The notes under the pieces are model-generated. The model worked only from the letters and a program-made list of their open reading frames with translations, made no database searches and was not told the DNA's origin. The position numbers and the translations under genes were made by a program. Below, piece by piece: positions 28,236-41,870 of a stretch of 64,000 nucleotides of DNA; position 1 is the stretch's first letter, and each line of letters begins with the position of its first letter. The stretch is from Chiloscyllium plagiosum (lineage: Eukaryota), in contig NC_057719.1 of the NCBI RefSeq assembly GCF_004010195.1, positions 31,166,957 to 31,230,956 on the forward strand. Direction: 5' to 3'.

Positions 28236-29939
28236 TCCTCCCACTCTTATGATGTACACCTTGACTGATAAAGGCAAGCTTCCAGCATGCCTTCTTACAT
28301 TCCCCATTAAGCTGTCCTGTCACCTTCAGGATCTATGGACAAGCGCCAAGATCCTTCTATTCTTCTGAGCTTCCTAATGTCATGCCATTTCATTGAATAC
28401 TCCCTTGTCTTGTTAGTTCTTCCAAAATATATGACCTCACAATTATCAGGATTACATTCCAACTGTCAGTGGTCTTCTAGTCTGTTTATATCCTTCTGTA
28501 ACCTTCCTCCCATCAACGACCTGGCCAATCTTTATGTCATGTGCAACTTATCATGCCTCACCACATTTTCATCTACATCATTTATGAAATTCACAAACAA
28601 ACAAAGGGCCAAACACTGATCCTTGTAGTATCCCATTGCACACTGGTCTCCAATCACATACACAGTCTTCCACCACCACCCTCTGTCTCCTGTCAACGCC
28701 TCATCTTCACCATGGAAAGCTCATAGTCCCACAACCCCGCACCGCCCGTTTCTACCTCCTGCCCAAAATCCACAAACCTGACTGCCCCGGACGACCCATC
28801 GTCTCAGCCTGCTCCTGCCCCACCGAACTCATCTCCGCATACCTCGACACGGTCCTGTCCCCATTAGTCCAAGAACTCCCCACCTACGTTCGTGACACCA
28901 CCCACGCCCTCCACCTCCTCCAGGATTTCCGCTCCCCCGGTCCCCAACGCCTCATCTTCACCATGGACACCCAGTCCCTGTACACCTCCATCCCCCATCA
29001 CGAAGGACTCAAAGCACTCCGCTCCTTCCTTTCCCGCCGTACCACCCAGTACCCTTCCACCGACACCCTCCTTCGACTGACCGAACTGATCCTCACCCTG
29101 AACAACTTTTCTTTCCAATCCTCCCACTTTCTCCAAACAAAAGGAGTAGCCATGGGCACCCCCATGGGCCCCAGCTATGCCTGCCTCTTCGTAGGGTATG
29201 TGGAACAATCCATCTCCCGCAACTACACTGGCCCCACCCCCCATCTTTTCCTCCGCTACATTGATGACTGTATCGGCACTACCTCGTGCTCCCACGAGGA
29301 GGTTGAACAGTTCATCCACTACACTAACACCTTCCACCCAGACCTCAAATTCACCTGGANNNNNNNNNNNNNNNNNNNNNNNNNNNNNNNNNNNNNNNNN
29401 NNNNNNNNNNNNNNNNNNNNNNNNNNNNNNNNNNNNNNNNNNNNNNNNNNNNNNNNNNNNNNNNNNNNNNNNNNNNNNNNNNNNNNNNNNNNNNNNNNNN
29501 NNNNNNNNNNNNNNNNNNNNNNNNNNNNNNNNNNNNNNNNNNNNNNNNNNNNNNNNNNNNNNNNNNNNNNNNNNNNNNNNNNNNNNNNNNNNNNNNNNNN
29601 NNNNNNNNNNNNNNNNNNNNNNNNNNNNNNNNNNNNNNNNNNNNNNNNNNNNNNNNNNNNNNNNNNNNNNNNNNNNNNNNNNNNNNNNNNNNNNNNNNNN
29701 NNNNNNNNNNNNNNNNNNNNNNNNNNNNNNNNNNNNNNNNNNNNNNNNNNNNNNNNNNNNNNNNNNNNNNNNNNNNNNNNNNNNNNNNNNNNNNNNNNNN
29801 NNNNNNNNNNNNNNNNNNNNNNNNNNNNNNNNNNNNNNNNNNNNNNNNNNNNNNNNNNNNNNNNNNNNNNNNNNNNNNNNNNNNNNNNNNNNNNNNNNNN
29901 NACAGCACAGCAGGTCAGGCAGCATCTAGGGAACAGAAG

Positions 29940-29975
29940 ATTCGACGTTTCGGGCACATGCCCTTCTTCAGGAAT
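29940..29975 (-). ncRNA. Minimal hammerhead ribozyme motif (inverted arm)
   Basis: Reverse complement reads attc CTGAAGA a GGGC atgt GCCC GAAA c GTC gaat. Confidence 0.8.
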
Positions 29976-30242
29976 GAGCAGAGAGTGTTCAGCAGGAGAA
30001 GATAAAAGGTAGGGAGGAGGGACTTGGAGGAGGGGAGTTGGAAGTGGAGGAGATGCGGTGGAGGGCACCGTCGACCACGTCGCCTTCCTGACCTGCAGTC
30101 TTCTTGTTGACCTCTCCGCCTCCATCCTACTCCGACCTATCACCCTCACCTTGACCTCTTTCCACCTATCACATTTCCAACGCCCCTCCTCCAAGTCCCT
30201 CCTCCCTACCTTTTATCTTCTCCTGCTGAACACTCTCTGCTC

Positions 30243-30278
30243 ATTCCTGAAGAAGGGCCTGTGCCCGAAACGTCGAAT
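30243..30278 (+). ncRNA. Minimal type I hammerhead ribozyme motif
   Basis: attc CTGAAGA a GGGC ctgt GCCC GAAA c GTC gaat: core, stem I, stem II and the palindromic ACGT in place of stem III. Confidence 0.8.
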
Positions 30279-32045
30279 CTCCTGTTCCCTGGATGCTGCC
30301 TGACCTGCTGTGCTGTTCCAGCAATAAAGTTTCAACTCCTGCCAATTAGCCAACTTTGGATCCAACTTGTCAAGTTACCTTGGATCACATGACCTTTGTA
30401 CCTTCCTTATCAGTTTCCGAGATGGGATCTCTTCAAAGGCCTTGCTGAATTCCACATAAACCACATCAACTGCCCCACATGCATCTACACACTTTGGTCA
30501 CCTCCTCAAACAAATTCAACGAGATAACATCACTTTTCATAACAAACTGCATCCTCTCCATTGCATTCATATATGTCCTATAATGTGGATTCCAGACTGC
30601 ATATTATACTCTAACTGTAACCTAACCAATGTTTTGTGTAGTACCTACATAATCTCCCTGCTCTTAAACTCTATGCCTCACTTAATAAAAACAAGAATCT
30701 CATATGCCTTCTTAACTACTTTATCTAAGTGTCCTGCTATCTTCAGGAATCAATGGATTTTACACATCAAGATCCCTTTGATCGTTGGTGCTTATCAGGC
30801 TTCTATCATTTATCATTTATTCCCTTGCCCTATCTTTGCTGCCTAAGCATATCACCTAATTGAAATGCTTTTTCACTCAGTATGGTACATCTGGAATCCA
30901 CTGCTTTATTGGGTGAAAAAGGTAGATGTCCTCCATGCATTTAAAAATGTAATTGAATATGCACTTGAAATGATGTAATTTACAGGTCTGCAGACCAAGA
31001 GCGAGAAAGTGGACTAAGACCGTGTAGTATTTTTCAAGTGGCACAGTGGCCAAAAGGACGCCTGCTGTACCGCAAGATTTCCATGTTTTGGAGAGATGTC
31101 ATAGAAGGAACAAAAGTTCTGTTTTGTTTTTACATTCTTACTTTTATATTAGAGTCATAGCACCGTAGAGTTAAACAGCATGGAATCATACCCTTCGGTT
31201 CAATCACTCCATGCTGACCATAATCCCAAACTAAACATGTCCCACCTGCTCTTGACTCATATCCCTCCAAACATTTCTTATTCATGTACTTATCCAAATG
31301 TCTTTTAAGCATTGTAACTAAACCCATATTCAACACTTCCTCTGGAAGTTCATTCCACACATTAACCACTCTGTGTAAAAAAGTCCTTTATGTCTTTTTT
31401 AAATATTTCTCCTCGCACCTTAAAAAATATGCCCCCTTATCATGAAAGCTCCCACCCAATGGAAAAGACACTTGCCATTCACTTTATCTACATACCTCAT
31501 GATTTTATAAACTTATATAAGGAGACTGACCAATGTCCTGTATAACCTCAGCTCCTATACGCAAAGGTCTGAACAATGAAAGCAAGCGTGCTAAACACTT
31601 TCTTAACTACCGTTTGTACATGTGACACAAACTTCAAAGAATTATAAACCTGAATTAGTCCTGCTCGTTTGTTTAATCAAAATGCAATACCTTGTATTTA
31701 TCCAAATTATCTCCATCTGCTACTCTTCAGCCCACTGACCCAATTGTATCCTCTGTAATTGTCTCATTACTGGCAGTTACACTGATCATCCTGGAAATTG
31801 CTGGGGCTATATTTACATTTTTCTGAACAAGGATGTAATGCTTGCAATTTTCAATTCCTCCACCACCAACTCCAGAATCCAGGGAAGATCCAAAGATTAT
31901 GGCAAGTACCTCTTACAATTTCCACTCTTACTTCTTTCAATATCTTTTGAGGCATTTCATCCAGTGCCAATACTTTGTCAACTTTAAGTACTGACAGTTT
32001 ATCCCATTCCTCCTCATCAATTTAAATGTAGACCCAAGAAAAGTA

Positions 32046-32295
32046 GGGCTCTTGTGGTGTAGTGATTGTGTCCCTATCCCTGAGCTAGGAGGCCTGAATT
32101 CAAGTCCCAACTTCTCCAGAGGTGTATAATAATATCACTGAACAGTTTGAATAGAAAAATAGGTTAAGAAAAGTTTAGACCCAAGGGAAGTTGTGTTCTT
32201 GTGGTTTAGTGGTAGAGTCCCTACCTCTGAGCTAGGAGGCCTGTGTTCAGGTCCCACCTGCTGCAGAGATATGTTATAACATATTGAGTAAAATA
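32046..32295 (+). repeat. Tandem pair of tRNA-like SINE units (same family as 15254-15950)
   Basis: Two similar units ..cttgtggt..agtg..gtcccta..ctgagctaggaggcctg..ttca.gtccca. Confidence 0.6.
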
Positions 32296-32784
32296 AATGT
32301 AACATAATGATTGTGTGAGACACAGCAAGGACGTGACGTGGCTGTATATGCCTCTGTTTGAGTGTTACACTCACCATAGCACTACCAGGGACTTCCTGTA
32401 GAGGTGCAGTTTAAAAACCAGTTTAGTTTTTTAATTCTTTCATAGAATGGGGGCATCACAAGCAAGACCAGCATTTGTTGCCCATCCGCAACTGCCCCTG
32501 AACTGAGTGGCTTGCCAGACCATTTCAGAGGGTAGTTAACAATCTTGTTGTAGGCTGATCAAGGAAGAGCAAAAGATTTTCCTCCTTAAAGGGTACTGGG
32601 GAACGAGATTGTGCTTTTTGTACAATGATCGATGATAATTGTCATGAGATAGAAACTAGATTAAAATTCTAGATTTATTAATTGTTTGTCAATTCCTTGA
32701 GAAACCAGATGAGTTCTGAGTTATTTATTGTCACAGATATCTAGAAAGCCATAGTATGAGATTATATGATAATAGGTCAACATT

Positions 32785-34330
32785 ACTTTGTGTGGAGTCG
32801 CAGAAAATAGGGGAGATACTAAATGAGTATTTTGCATCAATGTTTACTGTGGAAAAGGATATGGAAGATGTAGACTGTAGGGAAATAGATGGTGACATCT
32901 TGCAAAATGTCCATATTACAGAGGAGGAAGTGCTGGATGTCTTGAAACGGGTAAAGGTGGATAAATCCCCAGGACCTGATCAGGTGTACCCGAGAACTCT
33001 GTGGGAAGCTAGGGAAGTATTGCTGGGTCTGTTGCTGAGATATTTGTATCATCGATCGTCACAGGTGAGGTGCCGGAAGACTGGAGGTTGGCTAACGTGG
33101 TGCCACCGTTTAAGAAGGGTGGTAAGGACAAGCCAGGGAACGATAGACCGGTGAGCCTGACGTCGGTGGTGGGCAAGTTGTTGGAGGGAATCCTGAGGGA
33201 CAGGATGTACATGTGTTTGGAAAGGCAAGGCCTGATTAGGGATAGTCGACATGGCTTTGTTCATGGGAAATCATGTCTCACAAACTTGATTGAGTTTTTT
33301 GAAGAAGAGGTTTGATGAGGGCAGAGCGGTAGGTGTGATCTATATGGATTTCAGTAAGGCGTTCAACAAGGTTCCCCATGGGAAACTGATTAGCAAGGTT
33401 AGATCTCACCAAATACAGGGAGAACTAGCCATTTAGATACAGAACTGGCTCAAAGGTAGAAGACAGAGGGTGGTGGTGGAGGGTTGTTTTTCAGACTGGA
33501 TGCCTGTTTGGATGTACAGCATGGAAACAGACCCTTCGGTCCAACCCGTCCACAACGAGTGCCACAACGATCGGTGCTGGGTCCTCTACTTTTAGGTCAT
33601 TTACATAAATTATTTGGATGCAAGCATAAGAGGTACAGTTAGTAAGTTTGCAGATGACACCAAAATTGGAGGTGTAGTGGACAGTGAAGAGGGTTACCTC
33701 AGATTACAACATGATCTTGACCAGATGAGCCAATGGGCTGAGAAGTGGCAGATGGAGTTTAATTCAGATAAATGCGAGGTGCTGCATTTTGGGAAAGCAA
33801 ATCTNNNNNNNNNNNNNNNNNNNNNNNNNNNNNNNNNNNNNNNNNNNNNNNNNNNNNNNNNNNNNNNNNNNNNNNNNNNNNNNNNNNNNNNNNNNNNNNN
33901 NNNNNNNNNNNNNNNNNNNNNNNNNNNNNNNNNNNNNNNNNNNNNNNNNNNNNNNNNNNNNNNNNNNNNNNNNNNNNNNNNNNNNNNNNNNNNNNNNNNN
34001 NNNNNNNNNNNNNNNNNNNNNNNNNNNNNNNNNNNNNNNNNNNNNNNNNNNNNNNNNNNNNNNNNNNNNNNNNNNNNNNNNNNNNNNNNNNNNNNNNNNN
34101 NNNNNNNNNNNNNNNNNNNNNNNNNNTATGGAATGAGCTGCCGGAGGAAGTGGTGGAGGCTGGTACAATTGCAACATTTAAGAGGCATTTGGATGAGTAT
34201 ATGAATAGGAAGGGTTTGGAGGGATATGGGCCTGGTACTGGCAGGTGGGACTAGATTGGGTTGGGATATCTCGCCGGCATGGACGGGTTGGACCGAAGGG
34301 TCTGTTTCCATGCTGTACATCACTATGACT
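32785..34330 (+). mobile_element. CR1 (HER1-like) LINE, young, spanning a gap
   Basis: RT ORF pieces ([11 protein letters not shown]) and 3' tail. Highly similar to 37905-39835. Confidence 0.9.
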
Positions 34331-34389
34331 CTACTGAATATAGCTTTCAATTCCATATTTTATTGACTGAATTTATATTCTACCACTGT

Positions 34390-37300
34390 TGGAGTCATAC
34401 AGCACGAAAACAAGCCCTTTGGCCAACTCACCCATGCCAACCAGGCTCCCAACTGAAGTAGTCCCATTTGCTTGTGGTTGGTCCATATCCTTCTGAACCT
34501 TTCCCATCCATGTATCTGTCCAAATGTCTTTTAAATGTTGTAATTGTACTCACCTGTACTATGTCCTCTGGCAGGTTGTTTCATATACACACTATCCACT
34601 GTATGAAAATGTTGCCCCTCAGGTCCCTTTTAAATCTTTCCCCTCTCACATTAGACTTATGTTCCTAGTTTTGGATTTCTTTACCCTTGGAGAAAAGACC
34701 TTGGATATCCACCTTATTTATGGCATTCATGATTTTATAAACGTCTCTAACGTTACCCTTTAGCCTCCTACACTCCAGGAAAGAAAAGTCCCATGGAGAA
34801 AGTGAGGACTGCAGATGCTGGAGATCAGAGTCAAGAGTGTGGTGCTGGAAAAGCACAGCTGGTCAGGCAACATCCGAGGAGCAGGAGAATCAACGTTTTG
34901 GGCATTAGCCCTGAGGAAATAATAAGCCCTAACGAAAAGCTTGTGCCTGAAACGTCGATTCTCCTGCTCCTCGGATGCTGCCTGACCGGCTGTGTTTTTC
35001 CAGCACCACACTCTCAACGAAAAAAGTCCCAGCCTCAACCATATAACTCAAACCTTCTAGTCTTGGTAAATCTTTTTTGAACTATTTCCAGTTTAATAAC
35101 ATCCTTCCTATAGCAAGGTGACCAGAATTGAATGCAGTACTCCAGAAGTGGCTTTACCAATATCTTATATGGTCATAACATAACACCCCAACTATTATAC
35201 TCATTGCTTTGACTGAAGAAGAGAAGCAGTCTGACCACCTTCTTCACCACTTTGTCTACTTGTGACCCAACTTTCAAGGAACTATGCACCTGCACCACTA
35301 GATCTCTCTGTTCAACAATGCTCCCCCGGGCCCTATCATTAACTCTGTAAATCCTACTCTGGTTTGCCTTACCAAAATGCAACACATTGCATTTATCTGA
35401 ATTAAACTCCATCTGCCATTCCTCAGCCCACTGACCCAGTTGATCAAGATCCCATTGCATCATTACATAATATTCTTCCCTGTCCACTATATCACCAATT
35501 TTGCAGTGTCACCGGCAAACTTACAAACCATGCTTCCTTTATTCTCATCCAAATTGTTTATTTAAATGACAAACAACAGTGGATTCAGTGCCGATTTTTG
35601 TGGCACACTGCTGGTCACAGGCCTCCAGTCTGAACAACAACCCACTACCGTCGCCCTCTGTCACCTATCATCAAGCCAATGTTCTATCCAATTGGCTAGC
35701 TCTCCCTGAATCCCAAGTGATCTAACCTAAACTGTCTACCACGTAAAACCCCGAGAAAGGCCTTTCTAAAGATCATGTGCACAATGTCTACCACTCTGCT
35801 TTCATCTATCTTCTTAGTCACATCTTCAAAAGTCTCAAACAAATTTGTGAGGCACAATTTCCCATGCACAAAGCCATGTTGTCTATCCCTAAACAGTCCT
35901 TGCCTTGGTAGGTCCTGTGTCTCAGAATTCCCTCCAACACCTTGCCTACCACTGGCTTTGGGCTCACTAGTCTGCAGTTCCCAGGCTTTTCCTTGCAGCC
36001 TATCTTAAATAATGACACAACACTCTCCAGTCTTCTGGCACCTCGCATGTGGCTATAAATGATACAAATATCTCTGCTTAGGTCCATGCAATTTCTTCCC
36101 TAGCTTCTCAGTGTTCTGGGATACACCTGATCAGGTCCCTGGGATTTGTCTACCTTTATGCATTTTAACACCTCTAGCACCTTCTCTTCTGTCATGTGGA
36201 CTCTTTTCAAGACATCACTATTTATTTCACCAAGTTCCCTAGCTCCCATGTCTTTCTCCATGGCAAATACTGGTGAGAAATATTTGTTTTGGACCTCACC
36301 CATCTCCTGTGATGCCACACATAGACAGTGTCATTGATCTTTAAGGGGCCCAATTCCTCCATGGTTACTCTTCTGTCCTTAACATGCTTGGAGAATCCCT
36401 TATATTTCTTAAGAGATTTGCTCGATCCCAGCTGCCCATACCTGACAATATGCCTGCTTTTTCTTGACCAGGCCCTAACTACCTCTAGTTATCCAGTGTT
36501 TTCTACTCCTGCCAGCCTTGCCCTTTATACTAAAAGGAATATGTTGTCTGTGAACTTTCATTATCTCGCTTTTGAAAGCCTCCCACTTGCCAGACATCCC
36601 TTTACCCATGAACGCTCTCCCTCATGCAACTTTTGAAAGTTCCTGTCTAATACCATCAAAATTGGCCTTATCCAAATTTAGAACTTTAACTTGTGGACCA
36701 TGTCTATTCTTTTTTAATAACTATTTTAATAACTATTTTTAATAGTATTATGGTCAGGGGTCCCAAAGTGCTCCCCCACTGACACTTCAGTCACTTGCCC
36801 TGCCTTATTTCCCAAGAAGAGGTCACGTTTTGCGCCTTCTATAGTAGGCCCATCTACATATTTATTGAAAACATTTTATTGAACACACTTAAATTCCTGA
36901 CGATTCAATCCCTTATCACTGACAGTCCCAGTCTATGTTTGGAAAGTTAAAATCTCTGATAATTTCAACCCTATTATTCCTACAGCTATTTGCAATCTCC
37001 TTACAAATTTGCTCCTTAATTTCCCGATGACACGGGGTGGGGTTATAGTGCAATCCCAAAGCGATCACCCATTTTAGCGAGTTTTGAGAAGATTTGTAGC
37101 TCAGGTTGAGGTTCTGGGTGTAGGTTTGCTCGCTGAGTTGGAAGGTTCATTTCCAGACGTTTCATCACCCTACTAGGCAACATCTTCAATGGGCCTCAGG
37201 CGAAGCACTGCTGAAAATTCCTGCTTTCTGTTATATGTTTGGGTTTCTTTGGATTGGTGATGCCCCCTCCTCGCTTGCCTCCCTTTCCATCCTTATGGAT

Positions 37301-37420
37301 CTGTACCCCAGAACATCGAACTGCTAGTCTTGTTCCTCCTTCTGCCATGTTCCTGTAATAGGTCTGATATCCCAGTCCCATGTTTGCACCCGTGCCCATA
37401 ATTTTTCTGCCTCCCTGTCA
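34390..37420 (-). mobile_element. CR1 LINE with nested PLE-derived insertions (34794-35018, 37076-37262)
   Basis: Minus-strand ORF2 fragments. The nested palindromic element has TSD core aaaagtccca at 34784-93 and 35022-31. Confidence 0.85.
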
Positions 37421-37547
37421 GGCCGCTTGTGGCAACACCACTTGCTTTTTCTCAATGAACTTGAAATACTGCTTGTTATTTTGTTATCAAATCCTTCTCC
37501 TCTTTAGAATATAGTTATTTTAACCAAAACATACTACCTCTTACACA

Positions 37548-37638
37548 AAGAGTGTGGTGCTGGAAAAGCACAGCCAGTCAGGCAGCATCCAAGGAGCAGG
37601 AGAGTCAAAGTTTTGAGCATAAGCTCTTCATCAGGAAT
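37548..37638 (-). mobile_element. Single pLTR arm with degenerate hammerhead
   Basis: Reverse complement reads attc CTGATGA a GAGC ttat GCTC aaaa. Confidence 0.7.
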
Positions 37639-37904
37639 ACCACCGCATAGTCATTGATATGAAATTACATCTATAAAACCTGTAACTATAGCAGTCATCA
37701 GCCTGACATACGGACTCTGTCCTTGCTGAGCATTTCCAACGTGTTCTATACTAAATGCGTACATCTAGTCCATCACACACCCACCTCCCTGTGCAGCTTC
37801 ATTTAGTCCCTACAATTATTTGGAATGCATATTATTTTTGTATCATCTGAATACTGTACTACAAGCCTCTCCGTTCAAATCATTGAAGTAAACAGCAGAA
37901 ACTA

Positions 37905-39835
37905 AACAAATATTTTGCATCAGTGTTTACTGTGAAAAAGCACATGTAAGATATAGAATGTAGGGAAATAGATGGTGACATCCTGAAAAAATGTCCATAT
38001 TACAGAGGAGGACATTCTGGATGTCTTGAAACATATAAAAGTGGATAAATCCCCAGGACGTGATCAGGTGTACCCGAGAATTTTGTGGGAAGCTAGAGAA
38101 GTGATTGCTGGGCTTCTTACTGAGATATTTGTCGATAGTCACAGATGAGATGCCGGAAGACTGGAGGTTGGCTAATGTGGTGCCATGTTTAAGGAAGATT
38201 GTAAGGACAAGCCAGGGAACTATAGACCAGTGAACCTGATGTTAGTGGTGAGCAAGTTATTGGAGGGGATCCTCAGGGGCAGGATGTACATGTATTTGGA
38301 AAGGCAAGGACTGATTAGGGATCGTCAACATGGTTTTATGCATGGGAAATCATGTCTCACAAACTTGATTGAGTTTTTTGAGGAAGTAACAAAGAAGATT
38401 GATGAGGGCAGAGCAGTAGATGTGATCTATATGGACTTCAGTAAGGTGTTCGATAAGGTTCCCCATGGGAGACTGATTAGCAAGGTTAGATCTCATGGAA
38501 TACAGGGAGAACTAGCCATTTGGATACAGAACTGGCTCAAAAGTTGAAGACAGAGGGTGGTGGTGGAGGGTTGTTTTTCAGACTGGAGGCCTGTGACCAG
38601 TCGAGTGCCACAACGATCGGTGCTGGGTCCTCTACTTTTAGTCATTTACATAAATGATTTGGATGCGAGCATAAGAGGTACAGTTAGTAAGTTTACAGAT
38701 GACACTGAAAATTGGAGGTGTAGTGGACAGCAAAGAAGGTTACCTCAGATTAAAAATGGATCTTGATCAGATGGGCCAATGGGCTGAGAAGTGGCAGATG
38801 GAGATTAATTTAGATAAATGGGAGGTGCTGCATTTTGGGAAAGTAAATCTTAGCAGGACTTATACACTTAATGGTAAGGTCCTAGGGAGTGTTGCTGAAC
38901 AAAGAGACCTTAGAGTGCAGGTTCATAGCTCCTTGAAAGTGGAGTCACAGGTAGATAGGATAGTGAAGGTGTTTGGTATGCTTTCCTTTATTGGTCAGAG
39001 TATTGAGTACGGGAGTTAGGAGGTTACGTTGCGGCTGTACAGGACATTGGTTAGGCCACTGTTGGAATATTGCATACAATTCTGGTCTCCTTCCTATCAG
39101 AAAGATGTTGTGAAACTTGAAAGGGTTCAGAAAAGATTTACAAGGATGTTGCCAGGGTTGGAGGATTTGAGCTATAGGGAAAAGTTGAATAGGCTAGGTC
39201 TGTTTTCCCTGGAGCATTGGAGGCTGAGGGGTGACCTTATAGAGGTTTATAAAATCATGAGGGGCATGGATAGGATAAATGGACAAAGTCTTTTCCCTGG
39301 GGTGAGGGGAGTCCAGAACTAGAGGGCATAGGTTTAGGGTGAGAGGGGAAAGATATAAAAGAGACCTAAGGGGCAACTGTTTCATGCAGAGGGTAGTACA
39401 TGTTTTTTTTTTAGATTAGATTACATTACAGTGTAGAAACAGGCCCAACAAGTCCACACCAACCCGCCGAAGCGAAACCCCACCCATACCCCTACATTTA
39501 CCCCTTACCTAACACTACGGGCAATTTAGTGCAAACTCCACACAGTCAGTCGCCTGAGGCGGGAATTGAACCCGGGTCTCAGGCGCTGTGAGGCAGCAGT
39601 GCTAACCACTGTGCCACCGTGCCGCCCACTGTATGGAATGAGCTGCCAGAGGAAGTGGTAGATGCTAGTACAATTCAAAATTTCATAGGCATCTGGATGG
39701 GTATATGAATAGAAAGGGTTTGGAGGGATATGGGCCAGGTGCTGGCAGGTGGGACTAGATTGGGTTGAGATATCTGGTCGGCATCGACGAGTTAGAGCAA
39801 AGGGCCTGTTTACGTGCTGTACATCTCTATGACTC
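37905..39835 (+). mobile_element. CR1 (HER1-like) LINE 3' half, with a deleted V-SINE inserted at ~39405-39628 (minus)
   Basis: Consecutive RT ORF fragments 38185-39322 and the CR1 3' tail. Confidence 0.9.
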
Positions 39836-39982
39836 AATGTCAGAATACAAATCTGGGACATTGTCACCTACTGTGAGAACTGCTTTTAACTACTCTGTCC
39901 CAACTATTTTGATACAATTTGTTTCCCTCTCAATTTGATTTAGTTGCTCCTAAAGTTTCCTTGCTGTGGCATGTCGGAACTG

Positions 39983-41870
39983 TCAGTCGATGAGGTGAGC
40001 ATTATACCCTGTTCTTATGAGGGCATCCCTGAGTTCTTCCAGGTTCCCGTCACATTCCTCCTCATCTGAACAGATCCGGTGTACGCGTAGGACTTGTCCA
40101 TAGGGGATGGCTGTTTTAATACGTTTTGGGTGGAAGCTGGAGAAGTGTAGCATTGTGAGGTTGCATTGTGTGGCTTTGCAGTAGAGTGTGGTGCTGAGGT
40201 GTCCATCCTTGGTGGAGATACATGTGTCCAAGAATGAGATAGATAGTCGAGTGTAGTCCATGGTGGCTTTAGTGGTGGGGTGAAACTTGTTAATATCATT
40301 GTGTTGCTTTATCAGTTACTTCTACCCATGGGTCCAGAGGAAGAAAATGTCGTCAATGTACCTGGTGTACAATATTGTTTGGAGGTCCTGCGTAGAGAAG
40401 AAGTCTTGTTCAAACCTATGCATGAAGATGTTGGCATATTGGGGTGCAAATTTGGTCCCCATGGCTGTTCAGTGTGTCAGGATGAAGAACTGGTTGTCAA
40501 AGGTGAAGATGTTGTGATCGAGGACAAAGCAGTCTTCACAGGGATCTGTAGAGGAGCGACAAAGAAGGTGTCAACTTAGCCCCCACTGGAGAGCCGCTGT
40601 CCTGGGCTTGAGATATATGCTCAAACCATCAGGAAATATATAAATGCCAGATTCATCAGCCGTACCCACAAGGTAGAGCAAAATATCACCTGTTCACAAT
40701 GCAACGCCATTCAGGCTCTCAAAACCAATCACAACATTGTCATCAAACCAGCAAATATAGGAGGAGCCATTGTCATTTAGAATAGAACAGATTACTGCAA
40801 GGAAGTGTACCAACAACTGAACAACCAGGAACACTACAGGCAACTATCAGCTGATCCGACCAAAGAACACACCCGTGAATTAAACACATTGATCAGGACT
40901 TTGGATCCAGTCCTTCAGAGTTCCCTACGCGCCCTCATCCACGTACTTCTCGTGTAGGTAACTTCTACTGCCTTCCAAAGGTACACAAAGCCAACACACT
41001 AGGACATCCCATCGTATCAGGCAATGGGACCCTGTGTGAGAATCTCTCTGGATATGTTGAAGGCATCTTGAAACCTATCGTACAGGGAATCCCGAGCTTC
41101 TGTCGCGACACTACAGATTTCTTACAGAAACTCAGCACCCACGGATCAGTCAAACCGGGAACATTCCTCGTCACAATGGATGTTTCTGCACTCTACACCA
41201 GCACCCCCTATAATGACGGCATTGCGGCAACAGCCTCAGTACTCAACACCAACAACTGCCAATCTCCAAACACCATCCTACAACTCATCCGCTTTATCCT
41301 CGATCACAACATCTTCATCTTTGACAACCAGTTCTCCATCCAGACACACTGAACAGCTACTGGATCAAATTTTCACCCCAATATGCCAACATATTCATGC
41401 ACAGGTTGTAGGTACACTTCCTTGCACAAGACATCTTCTCTACGCAGGACCTCCAACCAACACTATACACCAGGTACATTGACGACATTTTCTTCCTCTG
41501 GACCCATGGCAAGGAGCCACTGATAAAGCTACAGTGATATCAACAAGTTTCATCCCAACATCAAACTCACCATGGACTATCTGTCTCATTCTTAGACACA
41601 TGCATCTCCACCAAGGATGGACGCCTCAGCACCACACTCTACCATAAAGCCACAACCTCTCAATGCTACACTTCTCCAGCTTCCACCCAAAACATTTTAA
41701 AACCGCCATTCCCTATGAACAAGCCCTACGCATACACCAGATCTGTTCAAATGAGGAGGAACGTGACGAGCACCTGGAAGCACTCATGGATGCCCTCATA
41801 AGAACGGGGTACAATGTTCAACTCATCGACCGACAGTTCCGACGTGCCACAGCAAGGAACCGTAATGACC
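39983..41870 (+). mobile_element. Penelope-like element (Neptune-type) RT fragment with inverted duplication
   Basis: RT pieces RDTTDFLQKL..LVTMDVSALYTS, YIDD, KTAIPYEQALRIHQICS. 39983-40530 is an inverted copy of ~41290-41835. Confidence 0.88.

Larger units (their letters stand above)
28700..30336 (+). mobile_element. Penelope-like element (Neptune-type) RT fragment plus inverted pLTR arms, spanning an assembly gap
   Basis: Open RT frame FYLLPKIHKPDCPGRPIVS...GVAMGTPMGPSYACLF...LRYIDD. After the gap, inverted arms 29902-30035 / 30182-30316, each with a hammerhead motif. Continuity across the gap is unproven. Confidence 0.88.

Noticed and set aside
28636..30194. Long ORFs spanning N-runs (also 33614-34356)
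   Set aside because: Their length is an artefact of assembly gaps. Only the pre-gap RT portions are real.
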